Of a stretch of DNA of 64,000 bases, positions 57,895-64,000 are shown piece after piece. Made by a program: the position numbers and the translations under genes. The notes under the pieces are model-generated. The model was given only the letters and a program-made list of their open reading frames with translations, had not been told where the DNA came from and searched no databases. This stretch comes from Minisyncoccota bacterium (lineage in GTDB: Bacteria > Patescibacteriota > Minisyncoccia > UBA6257 > GWB1-50-10), in contig JAGVBU010000004.1 of assembly GCA_020059585.1 (NCBI GenBank), positions 16,835 through 80,834 of the forward strand, read 5' to 3'. Position 1 is the stretch's first letter, and every line of letters begins with the position of its first letter.

Positions 57895-58509
57895 ATGGAA
57901 CAACATTCACATACGCTGCATAAAGAACGGTCATTTGTCATTATCAAACCCGATGGAGTTCAACGAGGACTTATCGGAGAAATTATCCATCGCATTGAGC
58001 GGACGGGACTCAAAATGGTTGCGCTTAAAATGGTGAGACCTACGGAAGATCAGTGCTGGACGCATTATCACAAAGACGACTCATGGTTCAAGGAGAAAGG
58101 GGAGAGAACGGTGGGAGACAGGATAAAGGCAAATCTTCCGATTGAAAAGGAAGCAATAGAATATGGAAAAGATATCGTGCGCGCGCTCGTAAAATTTATG
58201 ACTGCGGGACCCGTGATTATCGCGGTGTTTGAGGGAAATAAGGCCGTGGGAATAGTGAAAAAGCTTGTGGGAAGCACTGAGCCTCTCACATCGGATGTTG
58301 GCACCATCAGAGGTGATTTCACGATTGATTCGTATGATATTTCTGTTGCTGATAATCGTGCCGTGAGAAATCTCATTCACTGCTCGGATAAGCCGGAAGA
58401 GGCGGAACGCGAAATAAAGATATGGTTCAAAGATGAGGACATCCTTTCTTACCGTCTTATCAATGAGGCAATGCTTTACGACGTGAATCTCGATTCGATT
58501 TCGGAATAG
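57895..58509 (+). CDS. ndk: nucleoside diphosphate kinase (with ~50-aa insertion)
   Basis: ERSFVIIKPDGVQRGLIGEIIHRIE... and ...NLIHCSD... catalytic His region. Confidence 0.8.
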   Translation: MEQHSHTLHKERSFVIIKPDGVQRGLIGEIIHRIERTGLKMVALKMVRPTEDQCWTHYHKDDSWFKEKGERTVGDRIKANLPIEKEAIEYGKDIVRALVKFMTAGPVIIAVFEGNKAVGIVKKLVGSTEPLTSDVGTIRGDFTIDSYDISVADNRAVRNLIHCSDKPEEAEREIKIWFKDEDILSYRLINEAMLYDVNLDSISE

Positions 58510-58538
58510 CCATAAAATACGATATTTATTTATCCACA

Positions 58539-58564
58539 AGAGGGGAGCGCCCCCTCTTTTTTTG
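58539..58564 (+). terminator. rho-independent terminator after ndk
   Basis: AGAGGGG-AGCGC-CCCCTCT stem followed by T7. Confidence 0.55.
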
Positions 58565-58886
58565 TGCTATAATAGAGATATCCCGCTTTTAAAGATTCCG
58601 GATCAAATGATTTTTCAAAGGGATTCCATAATAGTTCGGCACAATGAGAGAACCACTATTTTTATTGAAAGAGGTTTTCCTGAGTCCGACTGAGGAAACC
58701 CACTTATGGCATTCAGCCGGGAATCATTGAGGCGGGATTTTTGTTTATCTTTTCATATAATTATAAGACTTTTGTCAAGTTTGACCGCGTCAAAAAAACG
58801 CTATTGAATAGGAGGAGGAAAAACCCTGTTTTTCGAGAAATATTCCCTGTTTTCCGCTAAAAATGAGGATTTTTGAGATTCGGGGT

Positions 58887-58914
58887 TTGACGTATCGTTT
58901 TTTGCGTGCATAAT
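58887..58914 (+). promoter_or_regulatory. candidate promoter TTGACG-N16-CATAAT upstream of the first LD-carboxypeptidase gene
   Basis: -35 at 58887..58892 and -10 at 58909..58914. If used, translation would start at ATG 58928 (near-leaderless). Confidence 0.3.
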
Positions 58915-59899
58915 GAACCCACTTCATATGGACATTTTAAGACCCCCAAAAATCAAAAAAGGAGATATCGTAGGCGTCATTTCGCCCTCTACTCCCGTGG
59001 TTTCAAAACAGGAGCTTTCGCGTGGAATGAAAATACTCGAATCGCTTGGATTCAGGCCGAAACTCGGGCCTAAGGCCCTTGAGGTTCACGCGAGCTATCA
59101 GGCAGGAACGAGGGAGGATCGTCTTTCTGATTTGCACGCTATGTTCGCCGATGATGAGGTAAAAGCAATTTTCTGCACAAGCGGAGGATATTCCGCGATA
59201 CAGCTTCTTCCCGACATCGATTGGGATCTCATCAAGAAAAATCCGAAAGTGTTTGTGGGATATTCCGATATCACGACTCTCTTGAATCCAATGTATGAGA
59301 AGACGGGATTGGTGACGTTTCACGGACCTATGATACTTGGATTAAATTCCGAGACAAAAGGAGGAAAATACACCGTAAGAAATCTAAAAGACATAGTTGT
59401 AAAAGGCGACACGGGAAAACTCCCCTCATATACCGAATGGAAAGTTCTGAAACCGGGGAAGGTAGAGGGTACGCTCATCGGCGGAAACCTCAATGTGCTT
59501 CTTTCGCTTATAGGCACTCCCTATGAGCCGAAGTGGGATGACAAGATTCTTTTCTGGGAGGAAGTGGAAGAGACGATTGAAGGGATAGACAATTATCTTT
59601 GGCGTTTGCGTCTTGCAAAAGTGTTTAAAAAAATTGATGGAATGGTAATCGGAAAAGTAACAAATATATATTCAATCGAGGGAGATGACGACAAGTGGTC
59701 CGGACTTGAGAACCCTCCGGTGCTCGAAGATGTTATCGTGAAGGCAACCGAAGGATTTAACTTTCCCATACTCTACGGCGTCGATTTTGGGCATGACGTG
59801 CCAAGCCTCACGATTCCCGTGGGCGCGAAAGCAAAACTTGATTGTCCCGCGCCTGGGAGAATAGGGTACCTTTCTCTTACGGATAAATATCTCGAGTAA
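58913..59899 (+). CDS. LD-carboxypeptidase / microcin C7 immunity MccF-like serine peptidase (S66), paralog 1
   Basis: ...KKGDIVGVISPS..., GYSDIT nucleophile motif, C-terminal ...GFNFPILYGVDFGH... The start may be at ATG 58928. Confidence 0.8.
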   Translation: MNPLHMDILRPPKIKKGDIVGVISPSTPVVSKQELSRGMKILESLGFRPKLGPKALEVHASYQAGTREDRLSDLHAMFADDEVKAIFCTSGGYSAIQLLPDIDWDLIKKNPKVFVGYSDITTLLNPMYEKTGLVTFHGPMILGLNSETKGGKYTVRNLKDIVVKGDTGKLPSYTEWKVLKPGKVEGTLIGGNLNVLLSLIGTPYEPKWDDKILFWEEVEETIEGIDNYLWRLRLAKVFKKIDGMVIGKVTNIYSIEGDDDKWSGLENPPVLEDVIVKATEGFNFPILYGVDFGHDVPSLTIPVGAKAKLDCPAPGRIGYLSLTDKYLE

Positions 59900-59912
59900 C
59901 GTTCCCAGAAAC

Positions 59913-59939
59913 ATCGCCCCGGAAGGGGCGTTTTTTTTG
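59913..59939 (+). terminator. rho-independent terminator
   Basis: CGCCCC-GGAA-GGGGCG stem followed by T8. Confidence 0.55.
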
Positions 59940-60001
59940 ACAAGTCCTCGAAAAAAAATTATTTTAAAGTCAGTACATATCACTATAAAGCGAGGAAAGA
60001 C

Positions 60002-60973
60002 ATGGAAAGGGTCGTAAGACCGAAAATGCTAAAAGCCGGAGATAGCGTTGGTATTATATCTCCCTCAAGTCTCATTACGCGCACGGACATCAGGCGCGGA
60101 ATAGAAATTCTCAGATCTATGGGGCTCTCGGTTCGTTTAGGGGCAAACGCGTTACGGAAACGTTATGGATATCAAGCGGGATCTCCCGAGGAGAGAGTAT
60201 CAGATTTCAATGAAATGTTTTCCGACCCGAGCATTAAAGGTATTTTCTGTACTACAGGAGGATATTCCGCGATACAGCTTCTTCCCGACATCGATTGGGA
60301 TCTCATCAAGAAGAATCCGAAAGTATTTGTGGGATATTCCGATATCACGACGCTTCTGAACGCGATTTACAGAAAAACCGGACTTGTGACGTTCCATGGA
60401 CCCCTCATTGAAGGATTGGGAAAATATATGAACGGAGGGTGCGTGTATACCGTTGATTCCCTTACTCGAACTCTTATGGAGGGAGGCACGGGACCGCTTC
60501 CGTCATATACGAAATGGAGCGTATTGAAACCCGGAATAGCGGAAGGTACGCTCATCGGCGGAAACCTCAATGTGCTTCTTTCGCTTATAGGCACTCCCTA
60601 TGAGCCGAAGTGGGAGGGGAGCATTCTTTTCCTTGAGGAGGTGGATGACACTGACGAATCGATAGATCATTGCATGTGGTGCCTTCGTATTGCGGGAGTG
60701 TTTGACGCGATACGCGGTATTATTGTCGGAAAATTCACGAAGATGTACTCGATTCGGAGAGATGGCTCAATACCGCCGGTGCGGAACGCGTCTATTGTGC
60801 GGCGCATTATTCTCAGCGCGACCGAAGGATTTAACTTTCCCATACTCTACGGCGTCGATTTTGGACATTATGTGCCAAGCCTCACAATTCCCGTGGGAGC
60901 GAGGGCATCGATCGATTGTCGGGATGTGAATGGAAAAGGTTCATTTTCTATCGTGGAGAAATATCTTCGATAG
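60002..60973 (+). CDS. LD-carboxypeptidase / MccF-like serine peptidase (S66), paralog 2
   Basis: Same family motifs as paralog 1. Shares several blocks of identical or near-identical nucleotide sequence with paralog 1. Confidence 0.8.
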   Translation: MERVVRPKMLKAGDSVGIISPSSLITRTDIRRGIEILRSMGLSVRLGANALRKRYGYQAGSPEERVSDFNEMFSDPSIKGIFCTTGGYSAIQLLPDIDWDLIKKNPKVFVGYSDITTLLNAIYRKTGLVTFHGPLIEGLGKYMNGGCVYTVDSLTRTLMEGGTGPLPSYTKWSVLKPGIAEGTLIGGNLNVLLSLIGTPYEPKWEGSILFLEEVDDTDESIDHCMWCLRIAGVFDAIRGIIVGKFTKMYSIRRDGSIPPVRNASIVRRIILSATEGFNFPILYGVDFGHYVPSLTIPVGARASIDCRDVNGKGSFSIVEKYLR

Positions 60974-60980
60974 CTATTAC

Positions 60981-61009
60981 ACGCTTCCTTATTGGGAGCG
61001 TTTTTTTTG
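60981..61009 (+). terminator. rho-independent terminator
   Basis: CGCTTCC-TTATTG-GGAGCG stem followed by T8. Confidence 0.5.
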
Positions 61010-61072
61010 CAGAAAACTGGACATATTGATTTTTAATGTTTTTTATATTATAATATATCTGCTATAATAAGA

Positions 61073-62056
61073 ATGAACATGCGCGGAACCCATTGGATAA
61101 AAGAACTCCTTATTCCGAATGAGGAAAACGGATATAAGCCTAGAATATTCGGTCTCGAATCGACCGTCCTTATTCTTTCGGGAATTCTTTTTCTCGAACT
61201 TATTTTTTTCGTTCAGGCGTTTTTCGTATTTCCCAATTCAAAATTTCTTTCCACGATACTTCCCACGGTAGTTGCCGATATTACAAACCAGTATCGTACT
61301 GAAAATAATCTGAGACCACTTTCCACAAGTGGTATCCTGACGCAGGCGGCAAGACTTAAGGCGGTAGATATGGCTTCTCGGGGATATTTTTCTCATGTGA
61401 GCCCTGGGGATATTCAGCCGTGGTATTGGTTTGATCAGGCTGGATACGATTTTGTATATGCTGGGGAAAATCTTGCGATAAATTTTGCCGATTCCGAAGA
61501 TGTGGTTGCGGCGTGGATGAACTCGGAAAAACACAAAGAGAACATATTAAGCGGTGATTTTTCAGAGGTGGGAATAGGCGTTGCAAAAGGAACGTATCAG
61601 GGGAAGGATGCGGTATTTGTCGTGCAGTTTTTTGGCGCGCCGTCCGGAAGGGATATTGATACTCTCATTGAGCGAAGGGCAAATAGGGTACTTGCGGATA
61701 TCACGCCCGATGTTTCGGGAATTCAACAAAACAGCAACACAGAGACGTTCGTCGCGGTGAAAGATGTGGAAAATGAAAAAGAATTTTCCGGAAGTGTTCG
61801 TGGAGAAAGCACGGATGCCTCATCACGCGGTCCGTCATTGTGGGAGCGAATGCTTTTCACCCCGCGTGGCACCGCTACCTACGTGTTCGTGGTTCTTATC
61901 ACGCTCATATCGCTCGCATTGGCGCTTACCGTATTTATAAAGATACGCATCCAGCATCCTCGCCTTATCGTTCATGGCGCGCTTCTTCTCCTTGTACTTG
62001 GATCATTTCTTGTGCTGAATCAGTATCTCGCGCTTTCTGGAACGAAAGTATTCTGA
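61073..62056 (+). CDS. CAP/SCP (PR-1-like, YkwD-like) domain membrane protein
   Basis: ...AARLKAVDMASRGYFSH...YAGENLA...AWMNSEKHKENIL... CAP motifs; N- and C-terminal TM helices. Confidence 0.65.
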   Translation: MNMRGTHWIKELLIPNEENGYKPRIFGLESTVLILSGILFLELIFFVQAFFVFPNSKFLSTILPTVVADITNQYRTENNLRPLSTSGILTQAARLKAVDMASRGYFSHVSPGDIQPWYWFDQAGYDFVYAGENLAINFADSEDVVAAWMNSEKHKENILSGDFSEVGIGVAKGTYQGKDAVFVVQFFGAPSGRDIDTLIERRANRVLADITPDVSGIQQNSNTETFVAVKDVENEKEFSGSVRGESTDASSRGPSLWERMLFTPRGTATYVFVVLITLISLALALTVFIKIRIQHPRLIVHGALLLLVLGSFLVLNQYLALSGTKVF

Positions 62057-62057
62057 T

Positions 62058-62756
62058 CTATTTTCCAAGACGTTTTTCTCTTTTTCCAAATTCAGTGAGC
62101 GCGTCACTGAATTCTTTTTTTCCGAAGTCTGGCCACAGCGTATCCGTAAAATAGAAATGGCTGTCAGTGGTGTGCCACATAAGAAAACCCGCTGACCAGT
62201 GGGGTTCGCCTCCGGTGCGTATGACAAGATCAACCGGAGGAAGGGCGGCTGTCCAGAGCTTCGCCTTCACTGATTCGTATGAATATGAGAATTGTTTTTC
62301 TTCGCGTATCGCGCGTATCGCGTCAAGCATTTCTTTTTTTCCGTCATATCCAAAAAGTATTGTGAAATTATTTTTTTTGAATTTCCGCGTATTTTTTTCC
62401 GCTTCTTCTATAAGCGCGGAGAGTTTTTTGCTTTTCACTATTTCCGCGCCTTTTCCAATAACGCGGAAACGTGTTTCATTTTTTTCAAATGTTTTTCCGT
62501 CTAATATTTTTTCCAATTCCTGTTCAAAGAGAGATACAAGAAAATTTACCTCAATGCGCGTTCTTTTTTTAAGATTATCGATTGATGCCGCCCAGACGGT
62601 GAGATATGGAACGCCTTTCTTTTTTGCCTCATCGGCGATTGCGTTCATGCGTTTCGCGCCTTCGCGATGGCCCTCATAAGAGGGGATGCTGTTCTTTTTA
62701 GCCCATCGGCGATTGCCGTCCATGATTATTGCGACATGGTTTGGTATTTTTTGTGC
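62058..62756 (-). CDS. uppS: undecaprenyl diphosphate synthase (cis-prenyltransferase)
   Basis: HVAIIMDGNRRWA...GV.YLTVWA... motifs. Start chosen at MAQKIPNH inside ORF 62058..62795. Confidence 0.85.
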   Translation of the reverse strand, partial: AQKIPNHVAIIMDGNRRWAKKNSIPSYEGHREGAKRMNAIADEAKKKGVPYLTVWAASIDNLKKRTRIEVNFLVSLFEQELEKILDGKTFEKNETRFRVIGKGAEIVKSKKLSALIEEAEKNTRKFKKNNFTILFGYDGKKEMLDAIRAIREEKQFSYSYESVKAKLWTAALPPVDLVIRTGGEPHWSAGFLMWHTTDSHFYFTDTLWPDFGKKEFSDALTEFGKREKRLGK

Positions 62757-62853
62757 CATAATTTTTAGATTATACATGAGATTTCTGCAATTCAAAACAA
62801 TCTCGTTTCTTTATTTTTTCTCGGATGCGGGGTATAGTTGCGGATAGCATTGT

Positions 62854-63345
62854 TTGACAGGAGGAACTATGTCCGTAAAAACGCGAATATACGCGTTCAT
62901 CGCATTTTTTTGCTTTATTCTTGTCGTGCTTGTGATGTCCTTCTCTTCCATCGAGGAGAAACGCCCACGCGTATTTGGAGAAGATTGGGATGCCGACACC
63001 GCGGCAATACGAGTGATGGTGCGGGAAAAATGGGACGCATGGAAGATGCACCAGATAAACGCATTATATGCGGATATGCGGGGAAAGAAGATTTCTGAAG
63101 ATACGGTTAAAATTCTTTTCAGAAACATAAGTGATTTAGCGCGCGTCATGGAGGAACGGGAGTTTGTCATGAGGATTATTAATCTTTACAGATTGTATTA
63201 CAGCACTCCCTCCGAAGAGAAAAAATATTATATTTCATTCCGCGATTTTCCGCGGAATTTTTATATAGGGACTACGCATGGGTTCTCTGCCGAGTCCTTT
63301 TTTGTTATACTGCGTATTATATTGCGTTGTATCGCGATGTTTTAA
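62854..63345 (+). CDS. hypothetical membrane-anchored protein (163 aa)
   Basis: N-terminal TM; no family recognised. Confidence 0.35.
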   Translation: MTGGTMSVKTRIYAFIAFFCFILVVLVMSFSSIEEKRPRVFGEDWDADTAAIRVMVREKWDAWKMHQINALYADMRGKKISEDTVKILFRNISDLARVMEEREFVMRIINLYRLYYSTPSEEKKYYISFRDFPRNFYIGTTHGFSAESFFVILRIILRCIAMF

Positions 63346-63348
63346 AAT

Positions 63349-64000
63349 ATGAACAAAAAAGTTTTATATGGCATAGGCGTGCTTGCGATTCTTTGTGTCG
63401 CGGCATTTGTCGCGTTAGGATTCGTCGGAAAAACCGAAGAGAAGAATCCTTTGGTTGTGGAAAATAATCCCCCCGTCTCGGAAACGGGAGCGTGGACTAC
63501 CGTGAAAGATGGAGTATACGCGGTATCCGTTTCAGAGAGTCGCGTGGGATGGGAGGGAAAAAAAACCTTGATTAAGGATTATGTGGATACGGGAACTCTT
63601 GCGATAAAAGAGGGATCAATACGCGTATCGGAGGGAGATGTGACGGCGGAAATCGTCTTTGATATGACATCCATAAAGACGCACTCAACGGGAAGTGGTA
63701 AGGGAGAATCGGGACTTGAGCGTCATCTGAAGTCCGATGATTTTTTCTCCGTTGAGGCATTTCCGACCTCTGTGTTTTTGGTTGAGCGCGTTGTCCCTTT
63801 GGACAACGAGGCGCATTCGTACACCGCGACGGGAAAGTTGACGATAAAAGGAATTACAAATGAGATTTCCGTTCCTGTATTGTTATACGAATCAGATGGC
63901 GCGGTGCGGGTTGACGGGACGGTGCTTATCGATCGGACAAAATGGGATATTCGTTTCGGTTCCGATAAATTTTTCGATAATCTTGCGAATAACGTAATAG
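63349..64000 (+). CDS. YceI-like (polyisoprenoid-binding) periplasmic protein, 3' end outside window
   Basis: Hand-translated as MNKKVLYGIGVLAILCVAAFVALG..., an 8-stranded barrel family pattern (...SVSESRVGWEGKK...DMTSIKTHS...). No stop before the window end. Confidence 0.55.
   Translation, partial: MNKKVLYGIGVLAILCVAAFVALGFVGKTEEKNPLVVENNPPVSETGAWTTVKDGVYAVSVSESRVGWEGKKTLIKDYVDTGTLAIKEGSIRVSEGDVTAEIVFDMTSIKTHSTGSGKGESGLERHLKSDDFFSVEAFPTSVFLVERVVPLDNEAHSYTATGKLTIKGITNEISVPVLLYESDGAVRVDGTVLIDRTKWDIRFGSDKFFDNLANNVI

Noticed and set aside
62167-62679. 170-aa plus-strand ORF antisense to uppS
   Set aside because: It is a shadow ORF opposite a clear UPP synthase.

Overview
The window has low GC and is densely packed with housekeeping genes. 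Many of the proteins are unusually short, which is consistent with a reduced-genome bacterium of the CPR/Patescibacteria (Parcubacteria-like) type. Nearly everything is translation, replication or cell-envelope core.

Coding content:
- The alpha operon runs infA-rpmJ-rpsM-rpsK-rpsD-rpoA-rplQ and is followed directly by rplM-rpsI.
- secE-nusG-rplK is present, but the expected rplA after rplK is replaced by a terminator and a divergent thymidylate-kinase-like gene.
- The rpsP-KH-trmD-rpsB-tsf block and rplS (elsewhere) are present.
- Eight aminoacyl-tRNA and related genes are present: proS, lysS, serS, thrS, aspS, gatB, miaA and a tRNA-binding csaA-like gene.
- Replication and nucleic-acid enzymes are dnaE, holB, gyrB, a short SMC, rnhA, rnhB, rnc, a DHH-family phosphoesterase and a MutY-like HhH-GPD glycosylase.
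- Cell shape and wall genes are mreB-mreC-mreD-PBP2 plus a second MreB paralog, uppS, rseP, two tandem LD-carboxypeptidase/MccF-like S66 peptidases, an FtsQ-like protein, two GT-C membrane glycosyltransferases and a type IV pilin-like protein.
- Metabolic genes are pgk, eno, ndk and a D-2-hydroxyacid dehydrogenase.

RNA genes:
- An RNase P RNA (rnpB) carries two near-identical ~160-nt insertions.
- tRNA-Leu(GAG) lies on the minus strand; a copy of its 3' end is duplicated ~200 bp downstream.
- tRNA-Tyr(GUA) lies on the plus strand.

The most unusual locus is a GC-rich, hairpin-dense repeat region immediately downstream of tRNA-Tyr and upstream of aspS. It contains tRNA T-arm-like motifs and hairpins that covary between copies. 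An Hjc-like PD-(D/E)xK nuclease gene sits immediately upstream of that tRNA.

The tandem MccF/LdcA-like paralogs downstream of aspS share mosaic blocks of near-identical nucleotide sequence.

All calls rest on reading the sequence and the ORF translations, with recognition of conserved motifs. No database searches were run.
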